Assembly (NCBI GenBank): GCA_023245195.1
Contig: JAHFKU010000001.1
Coordinates: 27,662 to 91,661, forward strand
Origin: Candidatus Staskawiczbacteria bacterium
GTDB taxonomy: Bacteria > Patescibacteriota > Minisyncoccia > Minisyncoccales > Staskawiczbacteraceae
Direction of reading: 5' to 3'
DNA: 64,000 bases
Both the position numbers and the translations under genes were made by a program. Below the pieces are notes generated by a model that was given only the letters and a program-made list of their open reading frames with translations, ran no database searches and was not told the DNA's origin. Shown here one piece after another: positions 9,405-17,973 of this stretch (positions are counted from its first letter, which is position 1; the number at the start of each line of letters is the position of its first letter).

Positions 9405-10379
9405 GTGGGGGTGAAAGATAATATTTTTGAAGCATTAAGAAAAGAGCTTCCTGGAGTAAAAAGAAATGTGTTGCTGAAATATCACACTACGTTTAAGATT
9501 GGCGGGCCGGCTAACTATTTTTTTATTGCCAAAGAAAGGGAATTGTTATTAAAAGGCATTAGGTTGGCTAAACAATATAAGTTGCCGGTGTTTGTTATGG
9601 GGGGCGGAAGCAATTTGTTAGTTTCTGATAAAGGATTTTCTGGATTGGTGATAAAAATCCAGTTTACCAAATGGGATTTGGCTCAAGATGATATTATCGT
9701 ATCCGAGGCCGGAGTCATGATGAAGGATTTAGTGAGTGCGTCAGTAAAACAAGGTTTGGCGGGCTTGGAATGGGCCGGGGGTTTGCCGGGAACTTTGGGC
9801 GGAGCGATCAGGGGAAACGCCGGAGCGTTTGGCGGTGAAATAAAAGATTCCGTAGTAGAAGTGTTGGCCTTAGATAATAAGCTAACTTTAAAAAAACTTT
9901 CAAATAAACAGTGCAAGTTTTCATACCGCTCTTCCATTTTTAAAGAAAAAAACTGGATGGTGCTTTTCGCCAAATTGCAAGGTAAAAAAGGCGACAAAAA
10001 AAATCTTGCAGCTATTGCCAGTTCCCACATTAATTACCGTAAAGAAAAACATCCTTTGGAATATCCCAATGCCGGATCGGTTTTTAAGAATGTCGATGTC
10101 AAAAAGCTTTCCCCTAAAGTCCAAATGTTATTTTTAGATAAAGTCAAAAAAGATCCATTTCCTATTGTGCCTTCGGCCTGGCTCATTATTGGCGCCGGCC
10201 TGACTGGCAAGAAAATAGGAAGGGCGCAAATTTCACAAAAGCACTCAAATTACATTGTTAACCTGGGCGGCGCAACCGCAAAAGAGGTATTGGCATTAAT
10301 AGATTTTGCTAAAAAAACCATCAAAAAAAAATACGGGGTGGTCTTAGAACAAGAAATACAATATCTAAATAACAATTAA
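9405..10379 (+). CDS. murB: UDP-N-acetylenolpyruvoylglucosamine reductase
   Basis: HTTFKIGGPA, GGGSNLL, PGTLGGAIRGNAGA, FSYRSSIF, NAGSVFKN, HSNYIVN. Confidence 0.95.
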   Translation: MGVKDNIFEALRKELPGVKRNVLLKYHTTFKIGGPANYFFIAKERELLLKGIRLAKQYKLPVFVMGGGSNLLVSDKGFSGLVIKIQFTKWDLAQDDIIVSEAGVMMKDLVSASVKQGLAGLEWAGGLPGTLGGAIRGNAGAFGGEIKDSVVEVLALDNKLTLKKLSNKQCKFSYRSSIFKEKNWMVLFAKLQGKKGDKKNLAAIASSHINYRKEKHPLEYPNAGSVFKNVDVKKLSPKVQMLFLDKVKKDPFPIVPSAWLIIGAGLTGKKIGRAQISQKHSNYIVNLGGATAKEVLALIDFAKKTIKKKYGVVLEQEIQYLNNN

Positions 10380-10449
10380 CCATTAACATTTGACCATTGA
10401 CAGGCGACGGTGACGTTGTCAATTGTTAATTGTCAAATGTCAATTGTTG
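10371..10449. repeat. Heptamer-based inverted repeat (CATTGAC/CAATTAA family)
   Basis: aacaattaaccattaacatttgaccattgaca...tgtcaattgttaattgtcaaatgtcaattgtt; sister copy at about 20465-20550. Confidence 0.75.
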
Positions 10450-10453
10450 CATT

Positions 10454-10801
10454 ATGCAAATTATTATTAAGACTAAAAATATCGAGCTTACGCCTTCGCT
10501 CGAAAATTTTATTAATGGTAAAATCGGCAAATTAGGAAAGTTTTTATTTGATGGCGCCGAATTGTTTGTTGAAATAGAACGGGAAACTTCGCACCATAAA
10601 AAAGGAGAGGTATTTTTTGCCGAGGCTATTGTTTCTTTGCCTGGTAAAAAATTAATATCCCAAGCCAAGGGCGACGACTTGGGCAAAGCTATTACCGAAG
10701 TTAAAGAAGAATTGGAAATAGAAATTAAAAAGTATAAACTCAAGAAAATTGAATTACCCAGGCGCAAAGCCAAAAAATCCCAGAACGAAGAAATTTTTTG
10801 A
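10454..10801 (+). CDS. hpf: Ribosome hibernation factor (HPF/RaiA, S30AE family)
   Basis: MQIIIKTKNIELTPSLENFINGKIGKL pattern; next to secA. Confidence 0.85.
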   Translation: MQIIIKTKNIELTPSLENFINGKIGKLGKFLFDGAELFVEIERETSHHKKGEVFFAEAIVSLPGKKLISQAKGDDLGKAITEVKEELEIEIKKYKLKKIELPRRKAKKSQNEEIF

Positions 10802-10870
10802 CAAATTTTTAATTCTAGTCTAGGATTAGACTCAGTTCTTAGTTCGTTGGCAATCAAAGTTACAAGGAGG
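10798..10870 (+). promoter_or_regulatory. sigma70 promoter and strong SD
   Basis: TTGACA-17-TAGGAT; AGGAGG 10865-10870. Confidence 0.7.
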
Positions 10871-10875
10871 TTTCG

Positions 10876-11112
10876 ATGATCAAGAAAGTGAAGATGATTC
10901 AGATCGTCCAGGAAGCGTCGTCTTTTTTCATGCCGATGCTTTGTGCTTTGCTCTTTGGTTTTGGAACTTTTGTCATGACCATCACTTTGATTGACCAGAA
11001 AAGTTTAGGTACGGGACTTGTCATTTTTCTATGCGTTTTCGGGATTTTCTTGATCTTTTTTAGCATGGAAATGTTCATTCGTAGTTTAACCTGTGGTGTT
11101 GAGTGTGATTAA
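10876..11112 (+). CDS. Small 2-TM orphan protein
   Basis: Own promoter, SD and downstream hairpin plus T-run near 11162-11185; two hydrophobic segments. Confidence 0.6.
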   Translation: MIKKVKMIQIVQEASSFFMPMLCALLFGFGTFVMTITLIDQKSLGTGLVIFLCVFGIFLIFFSMEMFIRSLTCGVECD

Positions 11113-11222
11113 GCCATGATGCTAATTTTTCATAAAAAGAAGAATTACTATTGTTTGCCCCAACTCTTTAACAAGAGTTTTTTTATTGCTAAAAAGGTGA
11201 TTTTTGGGTAGAGTTACTGTAC

Positions 11223-13703
11223 ATGTCTATTTTTACTAAATTATTCGGAGATGCTAACGAAAAACAGATCAAAAATCTGGAGCCTTTGGTTTTGAAAATA
11301 AATTCTTTTGAGCCGGAATTACAAAAACTAACCAATGAGCAATTAAAAGAAAAAACCCAAGAATTTAAAGAGCGGCTGGCAGGGAGCCTGCCTGCCGGCA
11401 GGCAGGAAACGTTAGACGACTTACTGCCGGAAGCTTTTGCCGTGGTGCGCGAGGCCGGAAAAAGAACCCTCAATCAGCGTCATTTTGATGTCCAATTAAT
11501 CGGCGGAATCGTGTTGCACCAGGGAAAGGTGGCAGAAATGAGAACTGGTGAAGGCAAAACCCTGTCTGCCACTCTGCCAGCTTATCTTAATGCTTTAGAA
11601 GGCAAAGGGGTGCATATTGTGACCGTTAACGATTACCTGGCCAAGCGAGACATGATTTGGATGGGCCAAATTTACGGGGCTTTGGGCCTTACCACCGGAT
11701 GTGTTGCCGCCGAATCTGCCTATGTGTATGATGCGTTACATGTAGATACTCAAAAAGATCAGGAGCGTGATGTTGTTGGCGGATTTAAAGTAGTACAAAA
11801 TTTCTTAAAACCAGCGACAAAAAAAGAAGCCTACCAAGCTGACATAACTTATGGTACCAACAATGAATTCGGTTTTGATTATTTACGAGACAACATGGTC
11901 TATGATTTGGGCCAGCAAGTCCAGCGCGGTCATCATTTTGTTATTGTCGATGAAGTAGATTCAGTTTTAATTGACGAAGCGCGCGTGCCATTGATTATTT
12001 CGGGGCAGGCGGAAGATGCATCAGATAAATATTATCAATTTGCAAAAATCGTCAGCCGTTTGCAAAAAGAGGTAGATTACGTTTTGGATGAAAAATTAAA
12101 AGCGGTTAATTTTACTGAAGAAGGCCAAAACAAAGTGGTGAAAAGCTTGGGCCTGGATCCTTGGCAAGACAATGATATTACCGCAACCCATCAGTTGGAA
12201 TCCGCCCTAAAAGCCAAAACCCTCTTTTTAAAAGACCGGGATTATGTTACTAAGGGCGGCGAAATTATGATTATCGACGAATTTACGGGCAGGATGTTGC
12301 CGGGCCGCCGCTGGTCTGCCGGGCTTCACCAGGCCGTAGAAGCAAAAGAGGGCGTCAAAATTCAGGCCGAATCGGTAACTTTAGCAACCATTACCTTTCA
12401 AAATTATTTCAGGCTTTATAAAAAAATTTCCGGCATGACCGGAACCGCGATAACTTCGGCTGAAGAATTAGACAAAGTATACAAGTTAGATGTCGTAATT
12501 ATTCCTACCCACAAAGGGGTGGCGCGCCAGGATTTTGCTGACAAAATTTTTAAAACTGAAGAAGGAAAATTTAAAGCCGTGATAAATCAAATCAAAGAAT
12601 TGCACCAAAAAGGCCAGCCGGTGCTGGTGGGAACTCGATCGGTAGAACGGAATGAATTTTTAGGAAAGTTGCTACAGATGGAAGGAATACCCCATCAAAT
12701 GTTAAATGCCAAAAACCACGAACGTGAAGGAGAAATTATCGCTCAAGCCGGAAAAATGGGCGCCGTGACCATTGCTACCAATATGGCCGGGCGTGGAGTG
12801 GACATTATTTTAGGCGGTAATCCGCCAAGCCTTGAAGACGCCAAAAAAATTAAGGATTTGGGTGGATTGTATGTGCTGGGCACTGAAAGGCACGATGCCC
12901 GAAGAATTGATAACCAATTGCGGGGGCGGGCGGGGCGACAGGGGGATCAAGGAGCTTCACAATTTTTTGTTTCGCTGGAAGATGATTTAATGCGTATTTT
13001 TGGCGGCGATCGGATAAAGTCAATTATGACGGCCCTTAAGGTTCCTGACGACGAACCAATTCAGGCCAATATGATTTCAGGGGCGCTGGAATCCGCCCAG
13101 CAAAAGATTGAAGGGTTTAATTTTGATGCCCGCCACCATGTTTTGGAATATGATGATGTTATGAATAAGCACCGGGAAATAATATACAAAAAACGGATGG
13201 CGTTTCTTGAAAATCCGGTATCGTCATTGCGAGCCTTGGCAGAGGCGCGGCAATCTGCGCCAAATTTTATTGGTGAATTAGCAAAGAAAGAAAAAGAATT
13301 GGGCGAAGAAAATTTCAAGCAATTATCCAAGCTCGTTGGTTTAAGGGCCATAGATCTGCTTTGGCAAGAACATTTAAGTAACATGGAACACATGCGCGAG
13401 TCAGTAAAATTACGGGCGTATGGCGGTAAAGATCCTTTGGTAGAATATAAAAATGAGGGGCGAAAATTATTTACGCAACTGTTGGAAGAAATAGACGGAA
13501 CAATTGCAAATAATATTTTAACTGCAAGTTTGAATGTTAATGCAAATCAAAACGTCATTGCGAGCACCGCGCCTGCGGGCGCGGTGCGTGGCAATCCAGA
13601 AGAAGTCGGCCGAAACGAAGAATGTCCGTGCGGTTCGGGCAAAAAATGGAAGCGCTGCGGGATGATAAATAGCCAGGAACATCAAAAAAACATGCCACGC
13701 TAA
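11223..13703 (+). CDS. secA: Preprotein translocase ATPase SecA
   Basis: MRTGEGKT, VDEVDSVLIDEAR, ATNMAGRG, QLRGRAGRQGD, C-terminal GRNEECPCGSGKKWKRC. Confidence 0.98.
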   Translation: MSIFTKLFGDANEKQIKNLEPLVLKINSFEPELQKLTNEQLKEKTQEFKERLAGSLPAGRQETLDDLLPEAFAVVREAGKRTLNQRHFDVQLIGGIVLHQGKVAEMRTGEGKTLSATLPAYLNALEGKGVHIVTVNDYLAKRDMIWMGQIYGALGLTTGCVAAESAYVYDALHVDTQKDQERDVVGGFKVVQNFLKPATKKEAYQADITYGTNNEFGFDYLRDNMVYDLGQQVQRGHHFVIVDEVDSVLIDEARVPLIISGQAEDASDKYYQFAKIVSRLQKEVDYVLDEKLKAVNFTEEGQNKVVKSLGLDPWQDNDITATHQLESALKAKTLFLKDRDYVTKGGEIMIIDEFTGRMLPGRRWSAGLHQAVEAKEGVKIQAESVTLATITFQNYFRLYKKISGMTGTAITSAEELDKVYKLDVVIIPTHKGVARQDFADKIFKTEEGKFKAVINQIKELHQKGQPVLVGTRSVERNEFLGKLLQMEGIPHQMLNAKNHEREGEIIAQAGKMGAVTIATNMAGRGVDIILGGNPPSLEDAKKIKDLGGLYVLGTERHDARRIDNQLRGRAGRQGDQGASQFFVSLEDDLMRIFGGDRIKSIMTALKVPDDEPIQANMISGALESAQQKIEGFNFDARHHVLEYDDVMNKHREIIYKKRMAFLENPVSSLRALAEARQSAPNFIGELAKKEKELGEENFKQLSKLVGLRAIDLLWQEHLSNMEHMRESVKLRAYGGKDPLVEYKNEGRKLFTQLLEEIDGTIANNILTASLNVNANQNVIASTAPAGAVRGNPEEVGRNEECPCGSGKKWKRCGMINSQEHQKNMPR

Positions 13704-13730
13704 GCGTGGCTAAACCCCGCTAAGCGGGGT
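13694..13730. repeat. Twin-hairpin REP-like element (CGC-TAA-GCG)
   Basis: gccacgc TAA gcgtggc and accccgc TAA gcggggt; sister copy 15934-15971. Confidence 0.75.
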
Positions 13731-13742
13731 GGCAAAAATAAT

Positions 13743-14189
13743 ATGGAAAAGAAATTTACTATCGGTGTCTTTGGTTTTATTTTCAACGTAAAAAGAGAAG
13801 TCTTGCTATGCCATCGCCGTGATTATGATTTATGGAATCCGCCTGGGGGTCAGTTGGAAAACGGGGAATCCCCTTGGCAAGGAGTGGTAAGAGAATTAAA
13901 AGAAGAAACAGGCTTGGATGTTATTGTTGAAAGGTTGACAGGAGTTTATTCGAAATTAGAAAAAAATGATATTGTTTTTGCTTTTCTTTGTAAAGAAGTA
14001 GGTGGTAAAATCACGTTAAATGATGAAGCTGATGAAATTAAATATTTTCCGGTTGATAAATTACCCTACCATATTTCACCAAAACAGGTAGAAAGGTTAA
14101 CCGATTTATTAGAAAACAAAGAAATTACTTTAAGGGTTCAAGATAGTGTCTCGTCGGTTGAGTTATTTAAATTAAAGAAATTGAAGTAG
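13743..14189 (+). CDS. NUDIX hydrolase
   Basis: Nudix box GGQLENGESPWQGVVRELKEETGL. Confidence 0.9.
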   Translation: MEKKFTIGVFGFIFNVKREVLLCHRRDYDLWNPPGGQLENGESPWQGVVRELKEETGLDVIVERLTGVYSKLEKNDIVFAFLCKEVGGKITLNDEADEIKYFPVDKLPYHISPKQVERLTDLLENKEITLRVQDSVSSVELFKLKKLK

Positions 14190-14200
14190 ATTTTTCTGAT

Positions 14201-14638
14201 ATGAAAACTGTTAGAGAATTAATAAAAGAAGTTTTGGAAAAAGGATATTTGATGAGCTTGGGAACAATAGACGACGGGGGAATTTGGGTTTCTGACGTGA
14301 TCTATATTTTTGATGATGATTTTACTATTTTTTGGATGTCAGACCCCGATTGCCGGCACTCAAAAGCCATTTTAAAAAATCCAAAAGTGGCAGGAACCAT
14401 TACCGTGAATTTACCAAAAGAAAATAATTTGGGAATCCAGTTTGAAGGTGTGGCGGAAAAAATTGATGGCGCAAGATTTGATCTGGCAAAAAAGCATTAT
14501 GCAAAAAGAAAAAAACCAGAACCAAAAGAAACAGACAATGTATTGCAGGGGGATTCTTGGTATCTGCTTAAACCAAAAAAGATTGAACTAATTTGCGAAG
14601 AATTTTTTGGTTTTGAAAAGCAGAGGTTAAAATTATAA
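14201..14638 (+). CDS. Pyridoxamine 5'-phosphate oxidase-like (YhbP-like) protein
   Basis: MSLGT, RHSKAILKNPKVAGTI, GIQFEG. Confidence 0.75.
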   Translation: MKTVRELIKEVLEKGYLMSLGTIDDGGIWVSDVIYIFDDDFTIFWMSDPDCRHSKAILKNPKVAGTITVNLPKENNLGIQFEGVAEKIDGARFDLAKKHYAKRKKPEPKETDNVLQGDSWYLLKPKKIELICEEFFGFEKQRLKL

Positions 14639-14642
14639 TGTT

Positions 14643-15062
14643 ATGGAAAAGAAAAGAAATGTATCAATTTTAATTCCATATAAAATAGAAAACCAAAGTC
14701 TTTTTGTATTTTTACAAAAACGAGAAAAAAATAGAAAAGTGTTACCAGGATATTTCGCTTTTTTTGGCGGTAAAATAGAAGAAGGTGAAACTTCCGAGCA
14801 GGCCTTAGAACGTGAAATACAGGAAGAGTTATGTTTTATGCCAAAAGGATATGAGTTTTTCGGTAAATATGATTTCACTGATTGGGCCGCAAATGTATAT
14901 TTTTTGAAAGTTAGCAATAATTTTGAAAAAGAAATAAGTGTTGTGGAGGGCGAATACGGCAATTTTTTTTCAGAGGATGAAATAAAAAATGAATCAATGA
15001 TTGCTAGCCACGATAAGGATATTCTGGGGGATTTTTATAGATTATTAAATACCAAAAAATAA
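14643..15062 (+). CDS. NUDIX hydrolase
   Basis: FGGKIEEGETSEQALEREIQEEL. Confidence 0.88.
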   Translation: MEKKRNVSILIPYKIENQSLFVFLQKREKNRKVLPGYFAFFGGKIEEGETSEQALEREIQEELCFMPKGYEFFGKYDFTDWAANVYFLKVSNNFEKEISVVEGEYGNFFSEDEIKNESMIASHDKDILGDFYRLLNTKK

Positions 15063-15943
15063 TGGACAAAAAAATATTGTATATCTCATTTTTAATCTTA
15101 ATTTTGGCCGGGTTTTGGGTCGGCTTTATCTATAGGGAAAACATTTTGGGATTATATCATAATGCTGCCAAAAATGTGGAACAATTTAAAAAAACGGATT
15201 TAGGAAACACTATTAATGAATTTACCAAAGAAATTTTTGCCCCGGGCCCGCTAAAAATCGGGGGACAAGAAAATAGTGTTGTTTTAACCAAGGCTAAAAT
15301 CATCGCTCAAACTAATATCCAGCGCTACGATAATGGTTCATTGCCGCCACTAATTGAAAATGCAAAACTTAACGCAGCAGCCCTGGCAAAGGCCAACGAT
15401 ATTTTCAAACGCCAATATTTTGAGCACGTTTCGCCTTCAGGAGTCGGGCCGGGAGATTTAGTTCTGAGTTTTGGCTACGAATACATTGTTTCAGGGGAAA
15501 ACTTAATATTGGGAAATTTTAAAGATGAAGCGGAAGTAGTGGGAAAATGGATGGCCAGCCCCGGGCACCGGGCTAATATTTTAAATAACCGATTTACTGA
15601 AATCGGCGTGGCAATTATAAAAGGGACTTACCAGAATCAAACGGTTTGGGTAGGGGTGCAGGAATTTGGTTTGCCATTGTCTAGCTGCGCCCAGCCCAGC
15701 GAAACCGAAAAAGCTGAAATTGAAAATAACAAAATCCAACTAGATGCCATGGCTCTGCAAATAGATGCCAAAAGGGCTGAAATTAATAATACCAATCCAA
15801 GATCCCAAGAATACAACCAAAAAGTTGATGAATATAATGCACTGGTAAATCAATATAACCAGTTAAACCAGATCACCAAAAATCTGATTATCCACTTTAA
15901 CAACCAGGTAAATGATTTCAATAATTGTGTAGCGGGACGCTAA
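15062..15943 (+). CDS. Membrane-anchored CAP/SCP domain protein with coiled coil
   Basis: YFEHVSP, GENL, WMASPGHRANIL, VQEFG. Confidence 0.9.
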   Translation: MDKKILYISFLILILAGFWVGFIYRENILGLYHNAAKNVEQFKKTDLGNTINEFTKEIFAPGPLKIGGQENSVVLTKAKIIAQTNIQRYDNGSLPPLIENAKLNAAALAKANDIFKRQYFEHVSPSGVGPGDLVLSFGYEYIVSGENLILGNFKDEAEVVGKWMASPGHRANILNNRFTEIGVAIIKGTYQNQTVWVGVQEFGLPLSSCAQPSETEKAEIENNKIQLDAMALQIDAKRAEINNTNPRSQEYNQKVDEYNALVNQYNQLNQITKNLIIHFNNQVNDFNNCVAGR

Positions 15944-15971
15944 GCGTCCCAGTTGCCCCGCTTAGCGGGGC
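15934..15971. repeat. Twin-hairpin REP-like element
   Basis: gggacgc TAA gcgtccc and gccccgc TTA gcggggc. Confidence 0.75.
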
Positions 15972-15999
15972 GGGGAAGTAATAGTTTGAAATTAATAAC

Positions 16000-16317
16000 A
16001 TGGAATTAATTGAATTTAAAAAATTTATTAAAGCGCTTGATGAAAAATTAAAGGATGCTAGTTATGATAAAGAAAAAAGAATTTTAGCTAGGACCGTAAA
16101 ATTAAGCGAAGAATTAGGGGAATTAGCTAATGATGTATTGAGTTTTAATGCTGATCAGCGTGATGAGAAACTTGATGCGTATGATGCTAGCAATCTGCCT
16201 CAAGAATTTGCTGATGTTATTATTACAACTCTTTTATTGGCGGAATCTATGGGTGTCGATGTTGAAAAGGGGATAGAAAGTAAAATAGAAAAAATTAAAA
16301 AAAGGTATGAAATATAA
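16000..16317 (+). CDS. MazG-like NTP pyrophosphohydrolase
   Basis: KLSEELGEL...QEFADV. Confidence 0.85.
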   Translation: MELIEFKKFIKALDEKLKDASYDKEKRILARTVKLSEELGELANDVLSFNADQRDEKLDAYDASNLPQEFADVIITTLLLAESMGVDVEKGIESKIEKIKKRYEI

Positions 16318-16609
16318 TAAGTTAGCCAGAGATAAAATTCCGGAATATATCAAAAGCAAAGGCGAGAAGGTGGTTTTTCATGCGGCTGATGAAAAAGAGT
16401 ATTGGATCAAATTAAAAGAAAAATTTGGTGAAGAAGTGGCCGAATTTTTACAGGCAGAATCTATTAATGAAATGGCAGATGTGTTTGAAGTAATTACCGC
16501 GATTTTAGAAACTAAAAAGTGGAAGCTCGAAGAAGTAATTGAAGTGCAAAAGGAAAAACGCGAAGAAAAGGAAGCTTTCAAAAATAAAATCATTTTAGAC
16601 GAATCATAG
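16307..16609 (+). CDS. All-alpha NTP-PPase (KLxRDKIP family)
   Basis: [24 protein letters not shown]. Confidence 0.85.
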   Translation: MKYNKLARDKIPEYIKSKGEKVVFHAADEKEYWIKLKEKFGEEVAEFLQAESINEMADVFEVITAILETKKWKLEEVIEVQKEKREEKEAFKNKIILDES

Positions 16610-16642
16610 ATTAATTCAGCTACTTTATAGTACAATAGTTAC

Positions 16643-16670
16643 ATGCTCACATTCTCGAGAATGTGAGAAT
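16643..16670. repeat. 28-nt palindrome upstream of wHTH gene
   Basis: Perfect core ctcacattctcgagaatgtgag. Confidence 0.8.
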
Positions 16671-16679
16671 TTAAATCAT

Positions 16680-16955
16680 ATGAAAAATTCCAAACAAATA
16701 GAGAGGCACGTAAAAGGAATTGCCAATCATAGAAGAATTGATATTTTGCTTTTGATTTCTCAAGGCAAGGGGATTACTTTAGATAATATTTCAAAAATTT
16801 TAGACTGTAATTTCAAAACTATTTCAGGACACACATTAAAGTTAGTAAATGCGGGTTTGGTAGATAAAAATTATAACGGAAGATATATTTTACATTCAGT
16901 ATCGCCCTACGGAAAAATTTTTGTAAAATTTATTTTGGATTTTAAAAAACTTTAA
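16680..16955 (+). CDS. ArsR-like winged helix-turn-helix protein
   Basis: KGIANHRRIDIL, TISGHTLKLVNAGLV, SPYG. Confidence 0.8.
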   Translation: MKNSKQIERHVKGIANHRRIDILLLISQGKGITLDNISKILDCNFKTISGHTLKLVNAGLVDKNYNGRYILHSVSPYGKIFVKFILDFKKL

Positions 16956-16961
16956 TGATAC

Positions 16962-16989
16962 ATGCTTATATTCTCGAGAATGTGGGCAT
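16962..16989. repeat. Second copy of 28-nt palindrome, downstream of wHTH gene
   Basis: atgcttatattctcgagaatgtgggcat. Confidence 0.8.
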
Positions 16990-16998
16990 ATTAGTAAG

Positions 16999-17466
16999 AT
17001 GAAAAAGAAGATTTTAACTCTTTTAATAATTCATAAAGATAATAAGGTGTTGCTTGGCATGAAAAAGCGCGGGTTTGGAATGGGTAAATGGAACGGTTTT
17101 GGCGGGAAGGTTGAAAAAGAAGAGAGCATAGAAGATGCGACAAAACGGGAATTATTCGAAGAAGCGGGAATCACGGTAAATGATATGGAAAAAATGGGGG
17201 TATTGGATTTTTCATGGCAAAGCCAGGTGCCGCCTGGTACCTGGGAGGTAAATATTTTTAAAGCCACAGATTTTTCCGGCCAGCCGCAAGAAACCGAAGA
17301 AATGAAACCACAGTGGTTTGGCGTAGATGAAATTCCCTTTGAGAAAATGTGGCCGGATGACAAATATTGGTTTCCTCTATTTTTAGAAAACAAAAAGTTT
17401 GAAGGAAAGTTTATGTTTGATGATAAAAATAATATTATTGAATACGATTTACATCAACAATTATAG
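16999..17466 (+). CDS. MTH1-like 8-oxo-dGTP diphosphatase (NUDIX)
   Basis: VLLGMKKRGFGMGKWNGFGGKVE, ETEEMKPQWF, MWPDD.YW. Confidence 0.92.
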   Translation: MKKKILTLLIIHKDNKVLLGMKKRGFGMGKWNGFGGKVEKEESIEDATKRELFEEAGITVNDMEKMGVLDFSWQSQVPPGTWEVNIFKATDFSGQPQETEEMKPQWFGVDEIPFEKMWPDDKYWFPLFLENKKFEGKFMFDDKNNIIEYDLHQQL

Positions 17467-17468
17467 CT

Positions 17469-17930
17469 ATGAAATTTGCTATTGTTTCAGATACCCACGA
17501 TAATCTGGCCAATTTTAATAAGGTCATTCACTGGCTTAATAATGAAAATATTGAAGTCATTTTGCATTGCGGAGATATTTGTAATCAAGATACTATAAAT
17601 GAAGCCGCGAGAAATTTTAACGGTAAAATATATTTTGTCAGGGGAAATGGGGACTTTCATTTAGATCAGATCTCGGAGAAAATGGAATTAGAATTAGATA
17701 ATAAAAAAATATTTTTCAACCACTATCCGGAAATTTCCAAACAAGCCGCGGAATCCGGAAAATACGAATTAGTATTTTATGGCCACACTCACAGGCCGTG
17801 GGAAGAAACCATAGGGAAGTGCCGACTGGTAAACCCCGGCGAACTAGCCGGCCAGCGATACAAACCCTGTTTTGCGATTTACGATACCCAAATCGATAAA
17901 CTGGAACTCAAAATTTTAGAAAAGTTATGA
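17469..17930 (+). CDS. YfcE-like metallophosphoesterase
   Basis: SDTHDN, HCGD, GNGD, GHTH, NPG. Confidence 0.92.
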   Translation: MKFAIVSDTHDNLANFNKVIHWLNNENIEVILHCGDICNQDTINEAARNFNGKIYFVRGNGDFHLDQISEKMELELDNKKIFFNHYPEISKQAAESGKYELVFYGHTHRPWEETIGKCRLVNPGELAGQRYKPCFAIYDTQIDKLELKILEKL

Positions 17931-17973
17931 CCCTTGATTATTTTTGCAAGTTAGTTATAATGACTAATTAAAA

